Virus record (IMG/VR): IMGVR_UViG_3300032290_001318
Location: 1-46,794 of that record
DNA length: 46,794 nt
Source of the DNA: a virus
Taxonomy: Duplodnaviria > Caudoviricetes
Reading direction: 5' to 3' (one strand)
The notes beneath the pieces are model-generated. The model saw only the letters and a list, made by a program, of their open reading frames with translations, did no database searches and was not told the DNA's origin. Positions 9,941 through 18,600 of the stretch are shown piece after piece. The first letter of the stretch is position 1; each line of letters opens with the position of its first letter. A program made the translations under genes and the position numbers.

Positions 9941-10582
9941 GTGGCTACTATCTCAGTTGAAGGACGTAATGAGGCGCTGGACGCGCTGCTCGCAAACGTC
10001 AACGGCGGCCTGCTCCGCATCTACACCGGCTCGGCGCCCACGCTGCCGACCGATGCAGCAACCGGCACCCTGCTCGCCGAGCTCACCCTCTCCAACCCCG
10101 CTTTCGCGGCTGCCTCTGGCGGCGTCGCGACGGCCAACTCGGTGACGTCGGAAGACGCGGCGCCTGCGTCTGGTACGGCTGGCTATGCCCGCCTCACCAA
10201 GTCGGGCGGCACGGGCGTGATCGACCTGCTCGCGGGCGGCTCGCTGCGCACCTCGACCTCGAACGTCGGCGGCAAGCTGACCTTCACCACGACGGTCGCG
10301 CACGGCTTCTCCAACGACGCGACGATCCATATGTTCATCGAGGCCGGCGGCGCGCTCCCGACCGGCATCGTCGAGAACACGACCTATTACGTGCGCAACG
10401 TCGCCTCGACGACCTTCGAGCTTGCGACTGCGGCGGGCGGCACGAGCATCAACTACACCGACGCGGGCACCAACTACTTCCGCGTGAAGTCGTCGCTGAC
10501 CGAGTGCGCGCTCGCTTCTTCCGACGCCTCGATCGCCGCAGGCGTTCAGGTGTCGGTTGCGAGCATGACCTTCCGCATGTAA
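9941..10582 (+). CDS. virion structural protein with inserted beta module
   Basis: AGGAGG SD; 'RN..LDA...LRIYTG..P...D.A.GTLLAEL..AF.AAS.G' pattern of a common phage virion family; internal TT..HG module. Confidence 0.75.
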   Translation: MATISVEGRNEALDALLANVNGGLLRIYTGSAPTLPTDAATGTLLAELTLSNPAFAAASGGVATANSVTSEDAAPASGTAGYARLTKSGGTGVIDLLAGGSLRTSTSNVGGKLTFTTTVAHGFSNDATIHMFIEAGGALPTGIVENTTYYVRNVASTTFELATAAGGTSINYTDAGTNYFRVKSSLTECALASSDASIAAGVQVSVASMTFRM

Positions 10583-10596
10583 TCTCAGGGGGTAAT

Positions 10597-10821
10597 ATGG
10601 GCTGGCGGCTTAAAACCACTGGCGATGTCCGGTTCGACGTTCCCGAGGAAGTCCCCGAGAACGAAGGGCCGGGCATCTACCCCACCAAGAATGACGCGCT
10701 CTATGTGCGCATCGGCCGCCTCACGTCGTCTCAGGACGACGTTCGTGTTTCGATGCAGAGCACGATCGATAACCTGCAAGGCTACATCGACGAGGCGCAG
10801 AGAGAAATCGGAGGCGGGTGA
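10597..10821 (+). CDS. hypothetical protein
   Basis: GGGGG SD-like run before ATG 10597; stop overlaps next ATG. Confidence 0.55.
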   Translation: MGWRLKTTGDVRFDVPEEVPENEGPGIYPTKNDALYVRIGRLTSSQDDVRVSMQSTIDNLQGYIDEAQREIGGG

Positions 10822-11192
10822 TGGTTGCGTACTACGACAGGGTGGAGGACACATCGACCTCTACGGGCGCGTCTGACTTCACGCTGTCGGGTACCGCGCC
10901 CACCGGCCGAGTTTCGTTCAACGATGCCTTTGGCAACGGGGACACCGGCAAGCGCTTCACCTACACGATCCAGATGGAGGACGAGTCGGAGTGGGAGACG
11001 GGCATCGGCTACCTCTCCGCTTCGACCACGCTGGTCCGCGAGACCATCGTGCAGTCCTCCAATTCAGACACCATCGTCACGTTCAGCGCGGGCAACAAGA
11101 AAGTCTTCGCCCCGCTGCTCGGCACATACGCCAAACGATTCACCGAAGTTGGCCGGGCCATTTTGCTAGGCCAACGCAACTTCCTGCCTTGA
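10821..11192 (+). CDS. tail fibre N-terminal-type structural protein
   Basis: DRV..TST.TG..FTL.G...WETGIG...TL.R..SSN...V.FSAG.K.VF pattern typical of phage fibre N-termini. Confidence 0.75.
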   Translation: MVAYYDRVEDTSTSTGASDFTLSGTAPTGRVSFNDAFGNGDTGKRFTYTIQMEDESEWETGIGYLSASTTLVRETIVQSSNSDTIVTFSAGNKKVFAPLLGTYAKRFTEVGRAILLGQRNFLP

Positions 11193-11199
11193 GGTCCTT

Positions 11200-11484
11200 A
11201 TGCCGCTTCCGCCTCCGACACCTATCCCAGAGCCGACACTCGAAGAGAGTAAGGCGAACATTGAAGCCGCTGTCACGACCGCGCTCGCAGCCGGTCAAGA
11301 CATCTGTGAAATCGTCGTGCCGTATGACCAAAGCGAGGCGCTCATGTGGTGGGTCATTGCAGAGGGAATGGTTTGCACTCGCGTCATCGCAAGGCGCACT
11401 GCAACCCTTGTGGTCAATATGCGGCTGGCTCCGCCGCCTCCCGCGCCTCCCGAACCTACACCTGAGCCCGAAGGAGGTGTGTGA
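11200..11484 (+). CDS. hypothetical proline-rich protein
   Basis: GAGG SD, 94 aa, Pro-rich ends, coupled to next gene. Confidence 0.55.
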   Translation: MPLPPPTPIPEPTLEESKANIEAAVTTALAAGQDICEIVVPYDQSEALMWWVIAEGMVCTRVIARRTATLVVNMRLAPPPPAPPEPTPEPEGGV

Positions 11485-11921
11485 TGCCAGGACCAAATTC
11501 CGAGCCCATCTTCAGTCGCGTCGCCGATATACAGTGGGAAGTCGAAATCCTCACAGCTAACAACAACCAGGACCTGACGACGGGTGGTAGTACGTCCTAT
11601 GAGGTCTTCGTTGCTGATGCGACCAACGGCGGTTTCGTCAGGAACGCGCGCGTGAAGGCCAACCCTGCCAACAACACGGCCGCAACGGTCGTGCGCTTCT
11701 GGCTGAACAATGGCTCGACCACTGGCACGGCCGCGAACTCTGCGCTCATTGGAGAGCTTGGCTTGCCATCGACAACGACGTCCGCAACAGCTCCGCAAGC
11801 CGATTTCGATTACGGCCTGAATATGGCACTTCCGCCTGGCTACAAGATTTATGTCACCATCGGCACTGCGCCTGGTGGAAGTGGTGAGTTCACCTGCACC
11901 ATCTTCGGTGGGAAGTACTGA
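11484..11921 (+). CDS. putative virion protein
   Basis: AGGAGGT SD; N..PIF start and LPPGYKI..GG.Y end seen in phage virion proteins that precede Gly-rich genes. Confidence 0.65.
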   Translation: MPGPNSEPIFSRVADIQWEVEILTANNNQDLTTGGSTSYEVFVADATNGGFVRNARVKANPANNTAATVVRFWLNNGSTTGTAANSALIGELGLPSTTTSATAPQADFDYGLNMALPPGYKIYVTIGTAPGGSGEFTCTIFGGKY

Positions 11922-12847
11922 TGATTGACCTCCTGCACCTGCCCGAGCCTGACGAGCGCACGGCCTGGTTTCCAGGCCAGGGCGCGTCTGCCAACATCAC
12001 AGGTTGGCGCGTGTGGGCAAAGCCGCGTGGTGTCAGCATGGTCTCGATGATTCTCATCGGTGCTGGAGGTGGCGGAGGCGGTGGCGCTGGCAATATCAGT
12101 GGCTCGACTGCTGGAGGCGGTGGCGGAGGAGGGGCGTCTCCGACTTCATCTTATCTATTTCCAGCCTGGGTACTACCTGACAGATTATACGTACTGAGCG
12201 TGTCGGGCGGTGCCGGCGGAAGCGGTGGCGGGTCTGGACTTCCCGGTTCTGGCGGCTCCGACGGTGGCGCGTCTCACGTGGCAATACAACCAGCAGATGT
12301 TACTGCCGGAATTATTGCCGGAAACCTAGTCGCTACCACATCAGTGGGCGGACTCGGCGCTAACCCTGGCAACACATCCGCTGGTGGCACCGCTAGAACA
12401 GTCGTCACCGTGCCTTCAGCTACGAGTGCGCCTCTCGGCCAGATGGCTATTAGTCAGCGATTTTTTACAGGAAATAGCAGTACTAGCGGGGCAACTGGCT
12501 CTGCCAGCACATACACCATTAGTACGATTATTTTGTCAGGTACTGGCGGGGGCGGGAAGGCGACAGGTAACGGAGGAGCCGGATCCTCAAGTAACGACGT
12601 GACAAATTCTATGCTGCGTGGCGTGCCTGGCGGCACAGCGCAGACGGGGGCAGCCGCCTCGTCTGGCGTCATTTATGGAGGCATCCATTACGGCGGCAGC
12701 GGAGGTGGCGGTAACAATCTCGGCGTCGGTGGTCGCGGTGGTAATGGCGTCGCATGGGGTGCCGGTGGCGGCGGCGGTGGCGGCGGCCTGACTGGGGGGA
12801 GTGGTGGCGATGGCGGACCTGGGCTCGTCATCATTGCGAGCTGGTGA
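11921..12847 (+). CDS. glycine-rich domain virion protein, paralogue 1
   Basis: W.KP.G..MV...IGAGGGGG N-terminal motif; GG.GGDGGPG..II..W C-terminus. Confidence 0.8.
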   Translation: MIDLLHLPEPDERTAWFPGQGASANITGWRVWAKPRGVSMVSMILIGAGGGGGGGAGNISGSTAGGGGGGGASPTSSYLFPAWVLPDRLYVLSVSGGAGGSGGGSGLPGSGGSDGGASHVAIQPADVTAGIIAGNLVATTSVGGLGANPGNTSAGGTARTVVTVPSATSAPLGQMAISQRFFTGNSSTSGATGSASTYTISTIILSGTGGGGKATGNGGAGSSSNDVTNSMLRGVPGGTAQTGAAASSGVIYGGIHYGGSGGGGNNLGVGGRGGNGVAWGAGGGGGGGGLTGGSGGDGGPGLVIIASW

Positions 12848-12850
12848 CCT

Positions 12851-13768
12851 ATGTTTGACTTTTCACATTTGCCGCAAAATGCTGTTATAAGTGAATACGT
12901 CTTCAATATGCGAGGACCGGACACCAGACACCCGTTTGTGTGGAATAAGCCGCCAAACTGTAAATTAGTTTTTATGATTGCAATTGGCGGTGGGGGAGGA
13001 GGTTCTGGGAGTTTTCCTGGAGTTTCAGATTCTAGTAGAAACGGTGGCGCTGGTGGAGGCAGTGGCTCCATATCTCAAGCTCTTTACTTAGCTGCATCTT
13101 TGCCAACCACACTGTATTTGTCTTCATTCGCTCCTTCGGGTGCAAACGGTAGTGGCGTTGGTGGGGCAAGCGGTCAGCCTGGGGAGTCTGGTTCTTCAGT
13201 AGCAATCAGCAATTACGTTTCTCAGCTCGTATCAGGAGCGACCCCACTTATCACTTTTTTAGTTGCTGCTGGAGGTGGTGGCGGATCTCCCACAGTCGCA
13301 GGTATAGCAGGCGCGGCAACCGTCCTTAGTACAGGCGCTGTTTTATCAAACATTTCAATTTACGCTATTAGCATCGCTGGACGTGCCGGCACTTGGGTCG
13401 CTACTGGTCTACCATCCACCACCTCAATCGGCACGGCTTCGCCAATCCTAGGCGGTGGCGGTGGCGGTGGCGTGCTGACTGGCACGCCAACGGTATTTAA
13501 CGGAGCCGGTTTTACCTCAGAAATTCCTTTCATACTACCAAGTATTGACGGCGGTCTTGCGTCATCGGGTCTTGACGCACCTAGCGGCGTTCGCTTGCCG
13601 TTCGTCATCGTAGGTGGCTCGGGTGGCGGTGCAGTCAACACTGGCACTGGCGGAAGGGGTGGTAACGCTGGCGGATATGGCGGAGGCGGAGGCGGTGGCG
13701 GCGCTGGCACTACTGGCGGACGTGGTGGCGATGGTGGTCCTGCTTACGCTTGCATCATTGCGTGGTGA
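12851..13768 (+). CDS. glycine-rich domain virion protein, paralogue 2
   Basis: Same terminal motifs; visibly more AT-rich codon usage. Confidence 0.8.
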   Translation: MFDFSHLPQNAVISEYVFNMRGPDTRHPFVWNKPPNCKLVFMIAIGGGGGGSGSFPGVSDSSRNGGAGGGSGSISQALYLAASLPTTLYLSSFAPSGANGSGVGGASGQPGESGSSVAISNYVSQLVSGATPLITFLVAAGGGGGSPTVAGIAGAATVLSTGAVLSNISIYAISIAGRAGTWVATGLPSTTSIGTASPILGGGGGGGVLTGTPTVFNGAGFTSEIPFILPSIDGGLASSGLDAPSGVRLPFVIVGGSGGGAVNTGTGGRGGNAGGYGGGGGGGGAGTTGGRGGDGGPAYACIIAW

Positions 13769-13771
13769 CCC

Positions 13772-14713
13772 ATGATTGACCTTTCGCACATCCCCGAGAC
13801 CCCAGGCCTGCGCGTCTTTCTGCCGCAGAGCGTGGATGGCAATTCATGGCAGACGTGGCAAAAGCCGCGCGGCTTTGTTATGGCATCGATTTACGCCATC
13901 GGTCCAGGTGGTGGCGGCGGTAGTGGACGAGCCGCTTCGGTAGCCTCTGCAACGATACGCGGTGGAGGGGCTGGCGGTGGTTCTGGTGGGCTCTCACGCC
14001 TGACCATCCCGCTCTTTCTTTTGCCTGATACGCTTTACATTCGCGTCACGCCCGGCGGCTCTGGTGGCGCGTCCGTTGCGGCGCTATCGAATGGCACTGC
14101 TGGCAATGTGGCCTTCGCTCCATCGACGACACTGGTCGCTGTCTACCCATCCACGACCGCACAATATATCTTCCTTCGCGCAAATGCTGGCGGCGGCGGC
14201 GCAGCAGGGTCTACAATCACAGTCGCACCAGGCACGGCAGGTGCTATTTCGGCGACGACTGATGCGCCTCTCGGAAATCTTGGCGCGACACTGTTCATCG
14301 CCGGGAATGCCGGCGCAAGCGGAAACACTGGCGCTGGCGGAAGCATAACCCAAAGCTCGCCGCAGTCGCAAATATATGGCGGAGCTGGCGGTGCCGGGGC
14401 TCCAGCAAGCAGCAATCTTGGCTCTGCCGGTGGCGATATATCAGCTCTTGCGTCAACGCCATTTGGCGTTTCCCCTGGTGGCGCCACTGGCCTTCCGCCC
14501 ACGGCCGGCGGCGCCGGGTTCTCATGGAGCACCATCTTTCCGCTCAAGTATTACGGCGGCACAGGCGGTGCTTCTCGCGGCAATTCAGATGGAGCCGCTG
14601 GTGGTAATGGTAGCGTCCCAGGGACTGGCGGAGGCGGAGGTGGGGGCGGTGGAATCACAAGCGGACGTGGCGGCGGCGGCGGCCCTGGCTGCGTAATCAT
14701 ACAGTGCTGGTGA
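13772..14713 (+). CDS. glycine-rich domain virion protein, paralogue 3
   Basis: Same terminal motifs (WQKPRG..IGPGGGGG; GGPGCVIIQCW). Confidence 0.8.
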   Translation: MIDLSHIPETPGLRVFLPQSVDGNSWQTWQKPRGFVMASIYAIGPGGGGGSGRAASVASATIRGGGAGGGSGGLSRLTIPLFLLPDTLYIRVTPGGSGGASVAALSNGTAGNVAFAPSTTLVAVYPSTTAQYIFLRANAGGGGAAGSTITVAPGTAGAISATTDAPLGNLGATLFIAGNAGASGNTGAGGSITQSSPQSQIYGGAGGAGAPASSNLGSAGGDISALASTPFGVSPGGATGLPPTAGGAGFSWSTIFPLKYYGGTGGASRGNSDGAAGGNGSVPGTGGGGGGGGGITSGRGGGGGPGCVIIQCW

Positions 14714-14721
14714 GGTGACCG

Positions 14722-17700
14722 ATGCTCGGCGCATATCCCATAGCGACACGGCCCTTGGCTACATTACCGGCTGCGGGTGGCGCACCTGTGTCTCTTTGGA
14801 TCAACACGCGCCTTGAGCTCGATGGTGCTGCTGAGTCGGGTATCGTTCAAAACTTTTGGGGTGCTGGTGCCATCTCTCTTTTCGGGTACCCCACTGTCAA
14901 TGCACTCGTCTCTCCTGTACACCAGACCTACTCAGACACCACGATCGTCATCGACCCGAGCGGCGACGCGCTTGCTACGCCTGACCATCGGCTCTTCTCC
15001 GACTCGACGTACGCCTATCGGCCCGGCATCGAGCAGCACTACATCCAGACGAACGCCAGCCCTGACTTCATGTGGGCGCCCAGCGGCGCTGACGGCGTGG
15101 AGAACGCCAACGGCATCTACACACTGTTCGTGAAGGTCCTCCAGACCGACCCCCGGACCACCGACTACTGGCGGTTCATGACGGTGTACGACAACGCAGC
15201 TACGAACGAGCTCCAGACCACTGATTACATCGCGCAGCTCTACACCTACGACGACCGAATCCTCTTCGGAGGCAACAGGTCCACCAGCGGCCTGAACTAT
15301 CAATTCCAGCCCGCTGCGACGAGCGCTGGGGCACAGGGCATTCAAGTCTTCTCGACGCGCGTCAACCTCAACACCAACCAGGTGCGCAGCCGCATATCCG
15401 CTGGCGGCGTGACGCTGTATGAGAGCACTGACTTCACCTTCGTCGAAGACCGAGACCCGCTCCACGTCGCGATTAACACGTACGTTCGCGTCATTTCCGG
15501 TGTACATACCGGGCAAAGCCAATATGCCAAATTCAAATTCATTGCCTGCGGCCTAGTTGCTGGCGAGGCCACTTCCGCTAAGCTCGCGTCCTACTCCATC
15601 AGCAGCGACGCCCGCCCCATCTGGAACACTGACCTCTACGCCTATTGGACGGCTTCGTCGCTCTACGACTCGTCGTCGCCGAAGCTCAAGAACCTTGGCT
15701 CCACCTCGACGCCGATGTACCTGAACAGCTTGGGATTCGCTGATCGAGCCACCCTGCCCTCTGCAAACATCGCTGATGCGTACGCGGGCTCAATACTCAA
15801 CACCACGCATGAGTCAGCTCAGACGCCTATCGATGCTGACGTGTTGGTTGAGATCACGGTTGCGTCCACAGACCTGTTTATCGAAGCGCACATGCCTCTT
15901 ATACCTGAGGGCGATGCGCTCATCTCACCCATCCACTACACGTTGTCTGACTACACCATCGACACTGACACCTACGCTGTGTCGAACCAGTTGGTGTCGT
16001 CCTTTGACGCGGTTCGCACGCCTGTCGATCCTGACGTGGTGAGCGGCGTGTTGTCGGCTACCTCTGCCAATGCGACCACCGCTGTTGACCCTGACACCAT
16101 CGCTGGCATCGTCACAGCCGCCACATCGGCAGCACGCGCGCCCGTCGACTCAGATGCGGTGAGCGGGCTGGTCTACGAGGCGAAGCCAGCAGTTCAGATC
16201 ATCACAGACATCGACGTCATTTCGCTGTCTGAGTATGGCGCGATCACGGACGAGCGCCTTGTCGCCTTTGCCAAAGGCCTCGCTGGAATTGACGTGTCGT
16301 CCTCTGAGTACGCTCAAGCGTATGTTGACGCGGACGTCTCTGTCATCGTCAACGTGACTGCGACCGACCTCGACATCGAGGCTCGTATCCCTACCGTGAC
16401 TGACGACGTCTTCCTGGTCGAGGAGAACAACGCTCAGTGGGCGAGCGTCCGCACACCCGTAGATGCTGATGTGGTTATCACCATCATCAACACAGCTCCT
16501 ACAACGGACCTTTTCATCGAAGCTCACGTACCCGCTGTTACTAGCGACGGGTTATTGGCAGAGATAACCAACTCAGCTTCGGCGACCGCCCAGGCTGCCG
16601 TAGACGCTGACGCCGCTGCTGGCATCTTGAACCAGGCAGCGCCTGACGTTCAGGTAGTTGTAAGCCCTGACGCGCTGTCCGCCATCGGCAACACATCGTC
16701 TCTCAGCTCTGAGGTTGTCACGGACGCTGACATCGTTGCTGGCCTGTCCAGCGTTGTCTCTGCGAACGCCTCTTACGAATACGAGGGGGGAGTCGAGCAG
16801 CACTACCTCCAGACCGTCATCAACGGCTTCATGTGGTCACCCAACGCAGCCGCAGGTATTGAGACGGTCACAGGCACCTACACGGTCTTCGTCAAGATAC
16901 TTCAGATGTATCTCGACGGCACTGCGTCTGGCGGTTGCTTCATCTCGATGTATGATGACTCGCCAGTCTACCCCAATCAAGTCATCAACACCATCTCGTC
17001 GTCTTACTATTACGATGACGTGATTCAGTTCGATGGATATAGGTCTGACGGTAACCCCAATTACTTCGGACAGAGCCAGTATTCATGGCAGACGACGCCC
17101 ATCACAGCATCCATCACCGTCGATACTTTGGCCGGCACTGTCACCTACAGGGCCTATCATAAGGTAGCTAACACTATCTATAATTACACTGATTACCCAC
17201 CTGAAATCAGGTCGCCCCTGCACGTAGCAATTAACGCCATCGGCCTGAACTTCGGCGCATTCCATGCGGGAATCGCCAGCTTTGCGCAGATGAAGTTCGT
17301 GGCTGCGGGCCTCGTCGAAGGCGACATCACCGATCAGCAGATTCAGGACTACGCTTACACCAAGGACGCTCGCGGCGTTTTCGGTAACTCGATGCGTAGC
17401 TATTGGGTAGCGTCTACGCTTCAGGGCGACCTGAACATCGATCCCTTCAAGTCTCTGCCTGACCTAGTCGGCAATTATCCGATGTTGGTGAACGGTAACA
17501 TTCTGCGCTCCGACATGTTCCCCATACCCAAACCTAATCAGTTCACGGCTGAGACTGGTATAGCTGATTATCTGGCCTCTAAAGCAATGGTCGGTGTGGA
17601 TTTTGATTCCACTACGTTAGCTGGAATTATTGACGGGTCATTCTCTCCTGTTAAAATACCCGTCAGCTCTTTCAGCTTCACAAGTATTGTCTACCCGTCT

Positions 17701-17889
17701 GTCGCCATCTACGTCAGCACCAAGGTCACTGTAGAACCTGACGCATACCTGACCTTTGCAGTTAAATGCGTGAAGGCATACCTGACGAACGAGCCTGGTA
17801 CGCAAGCCACACTTGTAGACAGCGCAGGCACCGAAGCACTATTCGTGAACGAGCCCGGCACGATCGCCGTGCTCATCAAGTGCAGGTAA
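14722..17889 (+). CDS. large virion protein with two duplicated lectin-like domains separated by PvDxD repeats
   Basis: EQHY.QT...FMW.P....G.E...G.YT.FVK.LQ occurs twice (~15030, ~16795), as does PLHVAIN...KF.A.GLV.G; many P.D.D.V repeats between. Confidence 0.7.
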   Translation: MLGAYPIATRPLATLPAAGGAPVSLWINTRLELDGAAESGIVQNFWGAGAISLFGYPTVNALVSPVHQTYSDTTIVIDPSGDALATPDHRLFSDSTYAYRPGIEQHYIQTNASPDFMWAPSGADGVENANGIYTLFVKVLQTDPRTTDYWRFMTVYDNAATNELQTTDYIAQLYTYDDRILFGGNRSTSGLNYQFQPAATSAGAQGIQVFSTRVNLNTNQVRSRISAGGVTLYESTDFTFVEDRDPLHVAINTYVRVISGVHTGQSQYAKFKFIACGLVAGEATSAKLASYSISSDARPIWNTDLYAYWTASSLYDSSSPKLKNLGSTSTPMYLNSLGFADRATLPSANIADAYAGSILNTTHESAQTPIDADVLVEITVASTDLFIEAHMPLIPEGDALISPIHYTLSDYTIDTDTYAVSNQLVSSFDAVRTPVDPDVVSGVLSATSANATTAVDPDTIAGIVTAATSAARAPVDSDAVSGLVYEAKPAVQIITDIDVISLSEYGAITDERLVAFAKGLAGIDVSSSEYAQAYVDADVSVIVNVTATDLDIEARIPTVTDDVFLVEENNAQWASVRTPVDADVVITIINTAPTTDLFIEAHVPAVTSDGLLAEITNSASATAQAAVDADAAAGILNQAAPDVQVVVSPDALSAIGNTSSLSSEVVTDADIVAGLSSVVSANASYEYEGGVEQHYLQTVINGFMWSPNAAAGIETVTGTYTVFVKILQMYLDGTASGGCFISMYDDSPVYPNQVINTISSSYYYDDVIQFDGYRSDGNPNYFGQSQYSWQTTPITASITVDTLAGTVTYRAYHKVANTIYNYTDYPPEIRSPLHVAINAIGLNFGAFHAGIASFAQMKFVAAGLVEGDITDQQIQDYAYTKDARGVFGNSMRSYWVASTLQGDLNIDPFKSLPDLVGNYPMLVNGNILRSDMFPIPKPNQFTAETGIADYLASKAMVGVDFDSTTLAGIIDGSFSPVKIPVSSFSFTSIVYPSVAIYVSTKVTVEPDAYLTFAVKCVKAYLTNEPGTQATLVDSAGTEALFVNEPGTIAVLIKCR

Positions 17890-17892
17890 GCC

Positions 17893-18285
17893 ATGAGCGC
17901 AAAAGCAGCTGGACCCGGTCCTGACCTCTCCATAGTTGCAGGTTCAACCCGCACAGACTGGGTGTTCAAGATCAGCCACGCGGGCGGTAACAACATCACC
18001 GGCTCGCGCGTGGTCATGAACATCGGGTACGTCTACGACCCATCTCGCGGCGTTGATGACGTTCGGCTGACTAAGGACACGATCGACGCTGCCGAGGCCG
18101 TTTTTGTCAACGCTTCGGAAGGAACCGTCCGGTTTATCATGGACTCAAACGACACGAGGGGAGCATCTGCTCCCCTCACTGTCGGCGCTTACTTCTACGA
18201 TGTCTGGCTTGAGATCAGCGGCGACTGGTACGCCGCCACCACACCAGGAAAACTGACGGTTGTCGGTGGCGTCGGTCTGGACTGA
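17893..18285 (+). CDS. BppU-like Ig-fold baseplate/structural protein
   Basis: NITG..V.M...G.V.F.....DT...L.VG.Y.YDV pattern; last gene of structural cluster. Confidence 0.6.
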   Translation: MSAKAAGPGPDLSIVAGSTRTDWVFKISHAGGNNITGSRVVMNIGYVYDPSRGVDDVRLTKDTIDAAEAVFVNASEGTVRFIMDSNDTRGASAPLTVGAYFYDVWLEISGDWYAATTPGKLTVVGGVGLD

Positions 18286-18300
18286 CCGATGGAGGCCGAA

Positions 18301-18600
18301 TCAATCCTCGTCGCTGTCGTCTTCCTCATCATCGTCGTCTGCCTCCTCATCGAGGTCTGAGTCTTCATCGTCTTCAGACTCATCGCAGCCGCAATCATCA
18401 TCCTCGTCATCGCAACCGCAGTCCCCGTCTTCCTCTTCGGGGTCAACGTCCTCGAAGAGTGATTCGAGGTCTTCGTCCTCAAGCAGGTCTTCGTCATCAT
18501 CTTCGAGGAGGGCGTCGTCATCCTCTTCGATAAACTCGAAGTCGGTCAGGTCGTCCTCCTCAAGCTCAACCTCGTCATTCTCGTCGTCGGGTCCGATCAT
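18301..18600 (-). CDS. hyperacidic protein
   Basis: 99 aa, about 64 D/E, no K/R/H; ATGA overlap with helicase stop. Confidence 0.7.
   Translation of the reverse strand: MIGPDDENDEVELEEDDLTDFEFIEEDDDALLEDDDEDLLEDEDLESLFEDVDPEEEDGDCGCDDEDDDCGCDESEDDEDSDLDEEADDDDEEDDSDED

Noticed and set aside
15030-17500. Possible DGR template/variable repeat pair
   Set aside because: Both copies are coding and diverged at all bases, not only adenines; no reverse transcriptase in the window
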